From IMG/VR virus record IMGVR_UViG_638275558_000001, positions 32,001 to 96,000 of that record: a stretch of DNA of 64,000 nt; one strand, given 5' to 3'. This DNA comes from a virus (lineage: Duplodnaviria; Caudoviricetes). Within the stretch, counting starts at the first letter, position 1. Every line of letters begins with the position of its first letter. Of the stretch, positions 18,664 through 29,329 are shown piece after piece. A program made the translations under genes and the position numbers. The notes under the pieces were generated by a model. It worked only from the letters and a program-made list of their open reading frames with translations, did no database searches and had not been told where the DNA came from.

Positions 18664-20244
18664 CTATTGAAGATTTTTCAGAATACGATCCACGACCTGT
18701 TTCCATTTTCGGTTATCCTTATATTCACCAACAATCTCTCCTGCTATCTCGAATACCGCTTCTCCAAAATACCACAAATGTTTTTCCAGTTCTACGTGCA
18801 CATGATATTCGTTCCTTTCAATATAGTCTTCAATTAATCGTTTGATAAAATGATGTAAAACGTATTCACCTTCGAATCTTTCTTTAACATAAAACACCAC
18901 AATTTCTGCTCCCAGAGATACCGCATCTGTACCTCTTTGACTGATAGGTTCATCATAACGCATTCCAACCACAATACTCATAAGAACTTCTGAGGGTAAT
19001 GGATGACCTTCATGAGAGTGGAAAAGATAGTGGTTAGTTATTTTAGTCAGCAGCTTTTTTACCGTCTCTCTATCCAGAAAGTGTGTGTAGTTATTGATTC
19101 TATCTTCAATATAGTCAACGAATTCCAATTGCAGTTTGGTGAATATAAATTCTTCTTGGGCGTATAGTTTATCATATACAAAATCTACAAGATCATCATT
19201 TTGTTCATTGTACTGATCAATAATGGAAGTAACAATTTTTTCTATCTTATTCTCTATAAATTTATCTACGTTCAATGCGTGTTTTAAACCTTCCTTTATA
19301 ATCTCTAAAATTTCGGGGTCTGATAAATAATCTTCCCACAAATCATCTTTAAGCATATCTTTATAAACAATGAAGGCAATCGCATCTTTTACCGGTTCGG
19401 GAATGTGTGGAATAAGGTCTTCAGGTTCATTTATGCGTATTGCTCTTTCGATCAACAAACGAATATAAAAATCTATAGATTCGGGGGTTTGAATATTAAA
19501 GTCAAGTATCCTATCAAGGTCTGTTCTGTCATCAATGCCATATTTTAGCAACAGTCTCTGCTTATAAGATGGAATAGACGGCACCTGTTCCACAATAAAT
19601 TCATAAAGAGGAGAACCCTCTTTAAGATTGATTACAAAAAGGTCTCTCAAATAATTAGCAGCCGTCATCTTTACTCGAGCATTGACAAACGCCATTTTTA
19701 TAACGTGGGGTTCATTATAGTTTTGAACAACATTAAAAAGTGAATGGAAATGTTCAGTTGATTCGGCTACTATTAGTTTCCCATTTCTGGTTCCCACTAT
19801 CATAAAAGAATAAAACAGGGATGTGAAATATTCCTTGCCGGTTATGCTGTATGGAAAATTAGACTTTCGTAGTCCACAAAAAACAAGGGCTACGCCCCTG
19901 TCAACAATTGATTTCAACTTGTTTAATATTTGCGAACCTTTGGTTTTTATCTCATTTTGTTTATGAATAATGAAGTTTCTAAGTTGCAAAAATTGATCTT
20001 GGGTGACCCTTGATGAATGCTTATAGATATAATTGAATGTTTCTAATAAGTGGTGATTCAAGGGAATGCCTTCTTGGGGATGAAAACTAAGTTTTTCTAC
20101 GGGTAAAACATAACACCTTAAAAACAGCGAATCCCCACTATCGTTTGGTAAAACATACATGAACCAGTTAATTGAAGAAAAAAAGCTTAACGCCTCTTTG
20201 CTGTGGAAGTTATCCGCAAATTGTTCTCTTGTCAGTATCAGCAT
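18664..20244 (-). CDS. Hypothetical protein, paralog family with 15211 and 31035
   Basis: Start reassigned to ATG 20244 (MLILTREQF) by alignment to 15211; TATTTAAT at 20283-20290. Confidence 0.8.
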   Translation of the reverse strand: MLILTREQFADNFHSKEALSFFSSINWFMYVLPNDSGDSLFLRCYVLPVEKLSFHPQEGIPLNHHLLETFNYIYKHSSRVTQDQFLQLRNFIIHKQNEIKTKGSQILNKLKSIVDRGVALVFCGLRKSNFPYSITGKEYFTSLFYSFMIVGTRNGKLIVAESTEHFHSLFNVVQNYNEPHVIKMAFVNARVKMTAANYLRDLFVINLKEGSPLYEFIVEQVPSIPSYKQRLLLKYGIDDRTDLDRILDFNIQTPESIDFYIRLLIERAIRINEPEDLIPHIPEPVKDAIAFIVYKDMLKDDLWEDYLSDPEILEIIKEGLKHALNVDKFIENKIEKIVTSIIDQYNEQNDDLVDFVYDKLYAQEEFIFTKLQLEFVDYIEDRINNYTHFLDRETVKKLLTKITNHYLFHSHEGHPLPSEVLMSIVVGMRYDEPISQRGTDAVSLGAEIVVFYVKERFEGEYVLHHFIKRLIEDYIERNEYHVHVELEKHLWYFGEAVFEIAGEIVGEYKDNRKWKQVVDRILKNLQ

Positions 20245-20497
20245 ATAACCTAAGCAAAGTTTATTATACAAGGTAAATTTGGATTAAATAATAACCAGAC
20301 TTCTCAGATGTAATTATTCGTCTTTTCCAACCACATCAGAATAAAACGTTTCTATTTCGTTAAGATCTTTGTTGATCAGAGTTTCAATTTGTTTTTTTCA
20401 GCCCCATGACACACCCTCCATTTTTTGGCATACTAAACAAGGCAAAACCCAGACAGTTCCATAGCCGCCGACTTATTTAAAGAAAAATAAATGAAAA

Positions 20498-21364
20498 ATG
20501 CTTCAAGTACTGAAAGACACCTATTTAAACAGCGCTTCCCCGCATAACAACTATGGAGCCGACGAAATTCTCCGGCTCAATGCCACTTCCAGCATTGCAT
20601 TGCAGTTTGAAAACCCGATTGGAACGGGTTATGAGATTCGCCTGTTTGTTGCCGACGCGTGGATTCCCCATGTAGAATATCTGGGTGGGGGAAGCTATCA
20701 CCGGCTGCTCCTCACCGTTTCGCTCTACAGCTTTTCTATGGATGAAGGATATGGAACCGAAGTAGAACCGCTTATAAGCCAGAGTTTCAACTATGCGTCG
20801 CTGTCAACGCTTCCTTTACCACTGGAAGTTCGCACGGTAAGCGCATTTATTCATCTGGCACCGCTCAAGCGGCGTATGGTAAGCATTCCACTTACAAACT
20901 TTTTCAACGCCGGAAACTTTGTTCTTATCGAATCGGCTGAGGAAATGGCGGTCAACTTTTTCAGCAGACAGACGCGCACGGCTTTCATTCCCTATACTAT
21001 TCCGACAGTATCCTTGCAGCCCCCGGCGCTTTCAGACTTCGTATACGATACCCGCATAGACGACTACGGAGTATATCTGCAGGCTTGGGAGCGGAAGATT
21101 CCCATTGCGGTAAGGGGTTATCTCATGCAGACGCTGTCATACATAGACCTCTCAACCGTATGGTTTGAAGTATACGTGTTCGACATGATCACCGGTGAGG
21201 AACACTATTATACATCGCTGCTTCCCACTCCCGTTGGGAATAACTGGTACTATATTGACATGAGCCGTGTCAATATGAAAAGAACCCAGTATGTGAGACT
21301 CAAACCGGTTGGAAGCACCAACGACATTTTCCTTTCCTTCCACAACCGCTATCTGAGACTATGA
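20498..21364 (+). CDS. Putative virion structural protein (DNRLRE-like N-terminus)
   Basis: KDTYLNSASPHNNYGADEIL motif; late-promoter motif upstream. Confidence 0.6.
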   Translation: MLQVLKDTYLNSASPHNNYGADEILRLNATSSIALQFENPIGTGYEIRLFVADAWIPHVEYLGGGSYHRLLLTVSLYSFSMDEGYGTEVEPLISQSFNYASLSTLPLPLEVRTVSAFIHLAPLKRRMVSIPLTNFFNAGNFVLIESAEEMAVNFFSRQTRTAFIPYTIPTVSLQPPALSDFVYDTRIDDYGVYLQAWERKIPIAVRGYLMQTLSYIDLSTVWFEVYVFDMITGEEHYYTSLLPTPVGNNWYYIDMSRVNMKRTQYVRLKPVGSTNDIFLSFHNRYLRL

Positions 21365-22887
21365 ACACCCAACAGATTATAAAACAGGAGCTTGAAAAAT
21401 GTAAAAACGATCCGATTTATTTCATTCGTAAATATGTGAAAATCCAGCACCCGATCAAGCGCGTCATACCGTTCGATCTATACCCGATTCAGGAGAAACT
21501 CATTAACTTTTATCATACACACCGATATGTAATCACGGAAAAACCCCGCCAGATGGGTGTAACGTGGTGTGCAGTGGCGTATGCACTTCATCAGATGATC
21601 TTCAACTCCAACTACAAGGTACTGATTGCAGCCAACAAGGAAGCCACGGCAAAAAACGTGCTGGAACGTATCAAGTTTGCTTATGAGCAGCTTCCCAGAT
21701 TTCTTCAGATTAAAAAACGTACATGGAATAAAACCTATATCGAATTTTCCAACTATTCTTCCGCAAGAGCCGTCTCTTCCAAAAGTGATTCTGGACGTTC
21801 GGAAAGTATTACGCTTCTGATTGTGGAAGAAGCCGCGTTCATTTCCAACATGGAGGAACTCTGGGCTTCGGTGCAGCAGACGCTTGCCACCGGTGGTAAA
21901 TGTATCGTCAACTCCACCTACAACGGGGTTGGAAACTGGTACGAACGCACAATCCGAGCCGCCAAGGAAGGAAAAAGCGAATTCAAGTATTTTGGTATCA
22001 AATGGAGTGATCATCCTGAGCGAGATGAAAAATGGTTTGAGGAGCAAAAAAGATTGCTTCCCCCACGTGTGTTTGCTCAGGAGATTCTCTGCATTCCTCA
22101 GGGTTCGGGAGAAAACGTCATTCCGTTCCATTTGATCAGAGAAGAAGAATTTATCGATCCGTTTGTGGTAAAATACGGTGGAGATTACTGGGAGTGGTAC
22201 CGCAAACCCGGTTATTACTTTATCAGCGTAGACCCTGCTTCGGGTAGAGGGGAAGATCGATCCGCCGTAGGTGTGCAGGTGCTGTGGGTAGACCCTCAGA
22301 CGCTCACCATTGAACAGGTGGCGGAATTCGCCTCCGATAAAACCTCGCTTCCCGTCATGCGTCAGGTGATCAAGCAGATTTATGACGAATTCAAACCACA
22401 ACTCATTTTCATCGAGACAAACGGTATCGGCATGGGGCTCTATCAGTTCATGGAAGCTTACACGCCCAGTATTGTAGGATACTATACCACACAGCGGAAA
22501 AAGGTGCACGGATCGGACCTTCTGGCAAAACTCTACGAAGACGGTAGATTGATTCTGAGATCGAAAAGACTCTTGGAGCAGCTTCAGCGCACAACATGGG
22601 TTAAAAACAAAGTGGAAACAGCAGGAAGAAATGACCTTTACATGGCGCTTATCAACGGTCTCATGGCTATCGCTACTCACGAAATCATGGAAGCCAACCC
22701 TGAATGGGAAAAGATTAACGTAACCTTCAACAGTTATCTTGGGAATAAGGTAACCCCCAGCACGCTCGACATCAACCAAGAGTTTGGAGGAGAATTTACC
22801 TATATCGCCACACCGAAGGTAAATCCTGATCTGAACAAAAATCTATTAATTCAAAAAAAATCCGAAGATTTCATCTGGTATATCTGA
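21361..22887 (+). CDS. terL: Terminase large subunit
   Basis: F.LYPIQ adenine motif, KPRQMGVT Walker A, LLIVEEAAF Walker B, STYNG motif C, VDPASG.G.D nuclease, IETNGIG. Confidence 0.95.
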   Translation: MNTQQIIKQELEKCKNDPIYFIRKYVKIQHPIKRVIPFDLYPIQEKLINFYHTHRYVITEKPRQMGVTWCAVAYALHQMIFNSNYKVLIAANKEATAKNVLERIKFAYEQLPRFLQIKKRTWNKTYIEFSNYSSARAVSSKSDSGRSESITLLIVEEAAFISNMEELWASVQQTLATGGKCIVNSTYNGVGNWYERTIRAAKEGKSEFKYFGIKWSDHPERDEKWFEEQKRLLPPRVFAQEILCIPQGSGENVIPFHLIREEEFIDPFVVKYGGDYWEWYRKPGYYFISVDPASGRGEDRSAVGVQVLWVDPQTLTIEQVAEFASDKTSLPVMRQVIKQIYDEFKPQLIFIETNGIGMGLYQFMEAYTPSIVGYYTTQRKKVHGSDLLAKLYEDGRLILRSKRLLEQLQRTTWVKNKVETAGRNDLYMALINGLMAIATHEIMEANPEWEKINVTFNSYLGNKVTPSTLDINQEFGGEFTYIATPKVNPDLNKNLLIQKKSEDFIWYI

Positions 22888-22895
22888 AAACGGCT

Positions 22896-22926
22896 TTCCA
22901 CACAATCCCAATTACCAGTATTTAAT
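22896..22926. repeat. 31-bp inverted repeat, copy 2
   Basis: TTCCACACAATCCCAATTACCAGTATTTAAT, reverse complement of 5492..5522. Confidence 0.9.
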
Positions 22927-22964
22927 ATCCCTCTCTGATATACTCCCCCGTTATTTAAAAGAAA

Positions 22965-24341
22965 ATGCCACTGAGTAGAGACATCATAAATCGAATCAAA
23001 GAGAAACAGGATACTCTCAGAGAGAATATTACCTACAGCGCAAAGCTTCTCAAGAAGATTACAGAAACCAACCTTCAGAAATTCTTTTCAGAGACGCTTA
23101 CATGGGGGATAAGGGAAGCCAAAAACCTTGTACTGGCACAACTTCCTCCTGAATACAGAACTCAAAATCTAAACAACCCCACACTTACTCTTCACTGGTT
23201 TACCTTCAATTTCAATCCCTTTGTTTACAAACGCGAAGTTAAAAGCAAACTTTATGATTCTCCGACTCCCAAGGTTTATCCTCTTAAAAGCCATGATTAT
23301 GGGTATAGAACGGAGCTTTTGAGTGGGTCTCCGGTTCCTGCTCCCAACCTTCGCTATATTGTCAGATACAATCCTGAAACCGATCGTCTTGAAGCTCGCA
23401 CGGTGGATATTACCACCGAAGAAGGAATCAGATATGTGTGGGGTGCGTCGGGTAATATTCCTCAGGATACGCTCGAGTTTACATCGCTACGTGGTCTTGG
23501 TAAAGACGATATGATCGATCTGGCTCAGAGCGGCGTTCCCTATGAGAACTCGCTGGTGCAGCTTTTCCGAAACAGAGCTTCCATTGGGTTTCAGTATGAT
23601 GAAGACCTTCGCAAACCCATTCAGGTGGATCGTATCAATATGGAAGGATTTACTCAGAACGAATCGGAGATTATCAATGATTATGTTACGTTCTATTTCA
23701 AGAGCGTAGTGAGCGGCTGGATATGTCAGTTCAGAGCTTTTATCAACAGTTTTGGTGAATCCACCAACGCTTCATACAACACTCAGGATTATATCTTCAA
23801 CATCATCAAAATGTATTCGTATATCAATGTAGAGACCACCTATAACATTTCGTTCACCCTGTTTCCTATGAGTAAGCAGGAGCTTTCAAAAATATGGGGT
23901 AAGCTCTCATTTCTCAAAGCACACCTGTTTCCGGCAAAGCGGGTAACACCCGGCGGCAACTTTGTACCTCCGGTACTTGAAGTAACGCTTGGCAACGTCT
24001 GGAGAAAAAGGAAGGTGCTTCTTACTTCTCTCAATATCTCATTCGGGGAAGATACCGTATGGGAACTGGATCCAGGTATGCAACTTCCCCAGTGGATCAA
24101 AGTGGATCTGAATTTGATTTTGCTGTACGAACAGAATATTACCACGGAAGACTGGCTTCAAAACCGCGTTAAAATGTTCGATTATACGACAAACAAGCCG
24201 CCTTCTACGCTTGCCGCCTCCGACTCCATGATCGATCCCGCAACAGGCGTGGCACTTGACATTTCGACGTTCAAATACCCGGAACCCGAAAGTTTTAACC
24301 TGAAACTTGCAAAACTCGATATACTTAAAAACCTTGGATAA
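22965..24341 (+). CDS. Baseplate/tail-tube initiator-like protein
   Basis: FRAFI..F.ES, ISFTL, PP.L.VTLGN, LTSLNI...WE...G.QLP..IKV pattern of tube-fold baseplate proteins. Confidence 0.6.
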   Translation: MPLSRDIINRIKEKQDTLRENITYSAKLLKKITETNLQKFFSETLTWGIREAKNLVLAQLPPEYRTQNLNNPTLTLHWFTFNFNPFVYKREVKSKLYDSPTPKVYPLKSHDYGYRTELLSGSPVPAPNLRYIVRYNPETDRLEARTVDITTEEGIRYVWGASGNIPQDTLEFTSLRGLGKDDMIDLAQSGVPYENSLVQLFRNRASIGFQYDEDLRKPIQVDRINMEGFTQNESEIINDYVTFYFKSVVSGWICQFRAFINSFGESTNASYNTQDYIFNIIKMYSYINVETTYNISFTLFPMSKQELSKIWGKLSFLKAHLFPAKRVTPGGNFVPPVLEVTLGNVWRKRKVLLTSLNISFGEDTVWELDPGMQLPQWIKVDLNLILLYEQNITTEDWLQNRVKMFDYTTNKPPSTLAASDSMIDPATGVALDISTFKYPEPESFNLKLAKLDILKNLG

Positions 24342-24344
24342 ATT

Positions 24345-24563
24345 ATGAAAGTATATTCTTTTTCGGGAACGCGACGCGCTCAGAACATAGCCGTACAGGA
24401 ATATGGAGATTACTCCTACTGGCAAGATATGCTGCTTGCAAACGGTATTTACTCCGGATCGATCATTCCCCCGTATGTTCCGTCGCTTTCCATTTACACC
24501 CCGGAGGAACTCGAGAACCGTCTGGTAGATAAATACCATATTCCCGATCTGAAATATTTTTAA
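24345..24563 (+). CDS. Small baseplate protein (gp53/tail X LysM-like)
   Basis: IA..EYGDYSYW..LLANGI motif. Confidence 0.65.
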   Translation: MKVYSFSGTRRAQNIAVQEYGDYSYWQDMLLANGIYSGSIIPPYVPSLSIYTPEELENRLVDKYHIPDLKYF

Positions 24564-24566
24564 CCT

Positions 24567-27419
24567 ATGCTGATAAGAAGCCTGCACCCTTCCGTTGTAA
24601 AGTATATCAGACAATTTGCTTCGACATCGACGGTTCAGAAGATTTCCGCAAGGCTTGTGTTCATGGTGCGCGTGAGAGACGCCGCACCTTTCAGAGCGTA
24701 CAACATTGTCTTAAACAACATAAATTTCTATACCATTGAAAACGAAATCACTCCTGATCTCCAGTCGTACTACGATTATCTTCCGGCTCCAGCTATTCTT
24801 TCGGTGGACGTCGATCCGGCTCCTGACGGGATATACGGTATGATGGCGCGTGCCACCGTCAATGTGCGTTGCTTTTCTCTCAAACAACTTCGGGAACTGG
24901 AGTGGAGCCTGTTTCCGGGAATTACGGCGCTCATTGAAGTAGTGCGCACAAACAATGAAATTCCCGTGGATTTTATTTCTGATCGCTATGTGCGAAATCC
25001 TTCGCTTCTGAAAGACATTCTTTTTAGCCCGCAATCGGTAATCAAACTCCATGAGAGAGATGAAGGCAATAGGATATTTTTCCCCGGAATACTTAAAAGA
25101 ACAAATGTTTCGTATAACAACAATACCTTTGACATTACCTTTGAGTTTAGTAATTTTAGTATAGCTTCCGTATTTTTTTCTCGAAACTACGATATTAAGG
25201 ATGTAGAGACGGCTCGAAAAACGCTGGCTGGTTTCTACAATGAGCGCTGGAGTACGCTTTCCAGCCAGAAGAAAGTCAGATCGGGTCAGGATCTGAACCT
25301 TGACAGAACCTATCAGATGTTCGGTGGGGGGAATAAAGCATTTCCCGCCGAAAAGGGTATTGAAGTGGGCGTGGGTACTCATTTCGATACAGGCGACAAA
25401 ACTTTCGCCCCTTCGCTTCCTTCCAACACCTTCGAGTCGCTGGAATATATTCGTTTTGAAGATTTCCTGAAGGAAATTCTGATTCCCTATATTCGGGACA
25501 CCTACCCGGAAGATGTTCCTCCGGAAATGGCAATTCTACCGATCGACATAGACAACTCCTATATGTTCATTCATAAACACTTGAGAACCAACAACGTAGA
25601 TATCATTTTCCCAACCGAATACATGGTGTTCGATTCTACGAATATGACGCCGGATTACATTATGGGATTTTCAGATTATGAGGATCATGCAGAGTGGTTC
25701 GAGAAGAATTTCGGGAAACCTTACACCCGTCACCCGATTGGATCAGTTGGTAAAGTGGGGAAAGTGATGTTGGCTCGAAAGTATCTTTCCGAACTGATCG
25801 GAGAATTCGAACGCGGCGACGACAAGCCGTTCAGTTTCATTATTGATAGAATCATTCAGGATATAATAAAATCCACCTATGGCTTTTCTCAGCTTTTCCT
25901 GATGAAGGTGGGAGAGCAATACGTCATTTATGATAATAGACTTCTGGATGTAGAGACGCCTGTTCAGCAGGTGGAAAACAAATCCCGTCTTGAACCGGAA
26001 GAAATCAAGATATGGGAACTTCACGACATCAGCTATACGCTGGATATTCCTGAATATCTTGCGATGGCGGTAATGATGAAGCGTCTTTCAGACTCGCTGA
26101 ATACCTACGTCAACGATCCAGTGGATTTCCTTATTCCCGGTTCCGTTGAGGATGTGGTGCTGAAGACGCTTACCGGAGAGCGTGTGAAAGGAACCGCGCT
26201 GGAAGATACCACGGAAAGTTCGGATGTGGTTGTTACCAAGGTGAACCTGAGCGCTGAAGTAATCCGTGCACTCATGAACAATCCCAATTTCAGAGCGCTC
26301 ATGAATGTAATCAAAGAAAATGAATCGGGGGGCAACTACGAAGCCATTGAAATAGAACATATTATAGCAAAACACGGAAGTTATGATAACGCTTTTGCGC
26401 TGGCGCGGCTGGCGAACACCCGCTTTGCGCGGGGTAAAGTGTGGTATCGGGTAAGAGGCGATCAGAAAGAGGAAATTACCGGAGAGCTTGTAAGAAAGGT
26501 CGAACAGGCTTCCAGCTTCAGCGATCTGGTTACGCACCCGTTCGTCGATGTGCCGAAATCTCAGGTGTCGCTTCCGGTTTCTCCCGGAAGATATACCACC
26601 GCCTGTGGCGCTTACCAGTTTACGGAAACAACATGGCGGTGGATCGAGAGAGAGTACGCCGATCTGTGGCGGGAGCTTAGTAAGAAAGCGGATGTGGCGG
26701 TGGATTCCGCCGGAAATGAAATGGTGGTTACCGGTCTTCCACCCGCTACGGTATATGAATATCAGGCGGTTGTCGACACTACCGTTCAGTCTCGAATTGT
26801 GGTTCCTCCCACCCCCGTCAATCAGGATTACATGGTGGCAATTTATCTCACGATCATTCTCAACAACGCAAACCTTACCGAAGAAGAGTGGAATCTGTTT
26901 TTGAACGAAGGATTCGGGTTTAAGCGTGAGGAAATAGTTAAAGAAAAACTTACCACCCATTTTGCTTCCCTCAGAAAAGTCAATCTCAATGCTTCAATCA
27001 GAAGAGACGCGTTTGAGCGCAAAGGAAATGTCAGTACATTTTTGAGTATAAAACATAAGGATCTGAGCGAAACAAAAAGTGTTAAATCTATTACATTTGA
27101 TGTAACGAAGGTTGACGATAGATATGTAGCCTACATTCCCATGCACCTGTCAACCTATTACAAAGTGCTTCTTTATATGGGCACGCTCCCGGAAAGACAG
27201 CGGGGGAAGGGTGCTCAGTATCTGACCGGTATTACACTCAACATAACGGTTCCGGGTAATTCGCTCTGGAGGATTTTTGACACGTTCAAAATAGAAGGTA
27301 TTCCCGAAATCTATTATGAAAACGGCTATTTCATTGTAACGAAAATCTCCCACAACATATCAGGCGGAACATGGACCACCGGGGTTACGGCAAAATACTT
27401 TTACACGGGCAAAACGTAA
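24567..27419 (+). CDS. Baseplate hub protein with inserted lambda-type lysozyme domain
   Basis: ENESGGNY...TACGAYQFTETTW...TPVNQD; C-terminal LNITVPG...F.IEGIP..Y...YF.VTKISHNI...WTT hub signature. Confidence 0.75.
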   Translation: MLIRSLHPSVVKYIRQFASTSTVQKISARLVFMVRVRDAAPFRAYNIVLNNINFYTIENEITPDLQSYYDYLPAPAILSVDVDPAPDGIYGMMARATVNVRCFSLKQLRELEWSLFPGITALIEVVRTNNEIPVDFISDRYVRNPSLLKDILFSPQSVIKLHERDEGNRIFFPGILKRTNVSYNNNTFDITFEFSNFSIASVFFSRNYDIKDVETARKTLAGFYNERWSTLSSQKKVRSGQDLNLDRTYQMFGGGNKAFPAEKGIEVGVGTHFDTGDKTFAPSLPSNTFESLEYIRFEDFLKEILIPYIRDTYPEDVPPEMAILPIDIDNSYMFIHKHLRTNNVDIIFPTEYMVFDSTNMTPDYIMGFSDYEDHAEWFEKNFGKPYTRHPIGSVGKVGKVMLARKYLSELIGEFERGDDKPFSFIIDRIIQDIIKSTYGFSQLFLMKVGEQYVIYDNRLLDVETPVQQVENKSRLEPEEIKIWELHDISYTLDIPEYLAMAVMMKRLSDSLNTYVNDPVDFLIPGSVEDVVLKTLTGERVKGTALEDTTESSDVVVTKVNLSAEVIRALMNNPNFRALMNVIKENESGGNYEAIEIEHIIAKHGSYDNAFALARLANTRFARGKVWYRVRGDQKEEITGELVRKVEQASSFSDLVTHPFVDVPKSQVSLPVSPGRYTTACGAYQFTETTWRWIEREYADLWRELSKKADVAVDSAGNEMVVTGLPPATVYEYQAVVDTTVQSRIVVPPTPVNQDYMVAIYLTIILNNANLTEEEWNLFLNEGFGFKREEIVKEKLTTHFASLRKVNLNASIRRDAFERKGNVSTFLSIKHKDLSETKSVKSITFDVTKVDDRYVAYIPMHLSTYYKVLLYMGTLPERQRGKGAQYLTGITLNITVPGNSLWRIFDTFKIEGIPEIYYENGYFIVTKISHNISGGTWTTGVTAKYFYTGKT

Positions 27420-27428
27420 AAAAAAACT

Positions 27429-28130
27429 ATGAGCAAGTACTTTCTAAAACCAACTTCTTACGCTTCCGACGTTTATCTTGCACCACACGTTCCCGAACTG
27501 GAATACGTTCCAAAGGAACTGATAAAAGGGTTTGACATGCTCCTCAACTGGATCAGTGCACTGGAAACAAATCATCTGTTTTACAGCGCAATCAACTATC
27601 TGGCTAAAGATTACCATGTAAAGAAACACCGCGAATATGTGATCCATTTCATTTATCCTAAATTCAATCTTTCGGAAAAGGATTATCCAGAAAAAGATGA
27701 AGATTCCCTTATTATGCTTCCCGATCACCCTTTTGCTCGGCACCGCAAAGAGGAAATCTTAAAACCATTTAAGGGTAGATATCTTGCGTTTACCGCTTCC
27801 GGAAGATATCAGTTTATTCGATCCACATGGAAACATCTTGTAATGAATTATCACACTCAGAAAATTACCGCCTTTTCTTCGCTAAATCAGGATTATCTTG
27901 CGCTGTGTCTTGTAAGGGAAGCCTTAATGCGCGTTAAGGCAACGGGGAATAAACGGTATATGAACCTCTGGGAGTATTTTATAGACTACGGATATATTCA
28001 TTTCGATGAATTCATGCACCATAAACAGGTAGTATATGCCCTTTCAATGGTATGGGAAGCTTTCCAGAAATTTCCTGAGGGGCTTCAGAGTGATGAATTT
28101 ATTAAAGAATATGAAAAGCTCTATCGCTGA
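27429..28130 (+). CDS. Lambda-type lysozyme/muramidase (endolysin candidate)
   Basis: ISALET (catalytic E), HP, TASGRYQFIRSTW, FSSLNQD. Confidence 0.8.
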   Translation: MSKYFLKPTSYASDVYLAPHVPELEYVPKELIKGFDMLLNWISALETNHLFYSAINYLAKDYHVKKHREYVIHFIYPKFNLSEKDYPEKDEDSLIMLPDHPFARHRKEEILKPFKGRYLAFTASGRYQFIRSTWKHLVMNYHTQKITAFSSLNQDYLALCLVREALMRVKATGNKRYMNLWEYFIDYGYIHFDEFMHHKQVVYALSMVWEAFQKFPEGLQSDEFIKEYEKLYR

Positions 28131-29323
28131 CGAGTTTCTGTTACATACCCCGTCGATTTGATCTGCATAATCGCTTCTCTTCTGGTAGAGTCGTACAGGA
28201 TAGAAGTCTCATGATCCATGTAACCCAACTCTCCGGCTTTTTCATGAAGGATACCGCTCAGCGTCTGCGCCAGGTTCGAGTTGGGAAGAATACCCGGCGT
28301 GATTTCGATAAGATATTTTCCTCCCTGTTTCGATCCGTTGAGTTTGCCGCCCCCAAGACCAAATTCCCGCAAAACAGATTTCAACCTTTCGACGTTAATT
28401 TCTTTGCTTTGAGCCGTAACGTATATCGAGATCGTATTCCGCTCTTTTTCCTGCTGGTATTTGTGGTTGAACACCACTTCGATCTTTTCAGGGGTTTCAA
28501 AAGCAGTTTGCAGTCTGGAGACAAAACGCTCAAGTACCGGAATGCGGAGCGCGGCTTTTACAAGTTGACGCGTTCCCTTCTTCTGGATAATTTTGTGAGA
28601 GCGCTGAATGATGAATGAAAGATGCTGAAGCACTTCCACAGTGAATTCGGCAATGCTTTCGTCTACTTCGGCAAGCTGATCGTCGGGTAAATTGTCGGCT
28701 TCTTCCAGCGATTGATAAAGTGCGTTAATGTATTGCCTTACTTCATCAGGGATATAGAAATGCATGACCGGCTCAACTCTGAAAGGTAGCGTGCCGTAAA
28801 AAAGTACGGCATGACCGTTTTCTCTGTTAATTTCGATCATGGTGGTACCGATATTCTGTAAATAATTACCTTCAATCGGCACCCTTCTTTTGGACGCCCG
28901 CTCCAGAGGAATCTCCATCTCCTCCTGTTCGATTTCTTCCTCTTCTTCCTCCTCTTCTTCCTGAGCTAAAACAAGCATGTCATCTTCTTCTTCCTCGACA
29001 TAAGCAGGCTCACCGGTGGTCTTGAAGAATTGGAGCGTAATGATTGCCACCTCTTGCGGCTGAGGAAGTCTGATCACACCACCTTCTCCCCACCCCGGCG
29101 GCGGCTCAAAACCCATGCGAATCAGCGCTTGCATTTCCTCCGGGGTTGGAGCCGGAAGTTCCATACCCCCTTCGGTAATCTGACAGATAATTGAAAGCTC
29201 CGGGGGATTGATGCGCCTTACGTAAACGATGCGATCGTAAGGGCTGTACGCACCGACGTATTCGTGCTCCTGCAAAGTGGAAAAATAGGAAAGAAATGTC
29301 TGTATTCCCTTTAGCGGATTCAT
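28121..29323 (-). CDS. Hypothetical late protein with poly-Glu tract
   Basis: 400 aa; TATTTAAA 5 nt before ATG. Confidence 0.8.
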   Translation of the reverse strand: MNPLKGIQTFLSYFSTLQEHEYVGAYSPYDRIVYVRRINPPELSIICQITEGGMELPAPTPEEMQALIRMGFEPPPGWGEGGVIRLPQPQEVAIITLQFFKTTGEPAYVEEEEDDMLVLAQEEEEEEEEEIEQEEMEIPLERASKRRVPIEGNYLQNIGTTMIEINRENGHAVLFYGTLPFRVEPVMHFYIPDEVRQYINALYQSLEEADNLPDDQLAEVDESIAEFTVEVLQHLSFIIQRSHKIIQKKGTRQLVKAALRIPVLERFVSRLQTAFETPEKIEVVFNHKYQQEKERNTISIYVTAQSKEINVERLKSVLREFGLGGGKLNGSKQGGKYLIEITPGILPNSNLAQTLSGILHEKAGELGYMDHETSILYDSTRREAIMQIKSTGYVTETRQR

Positions 29324-29329
29324 TTTCTT

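Noticed and set aside
21478-22779. 433-aa minus-strand ORF
   Set aside because: Antisense shadow of the terminase.
28920-29000. TTC/TCC-rich low-complexity tract
   Set aside because: Encodes the poly-Glu stretch of 28121..29323.
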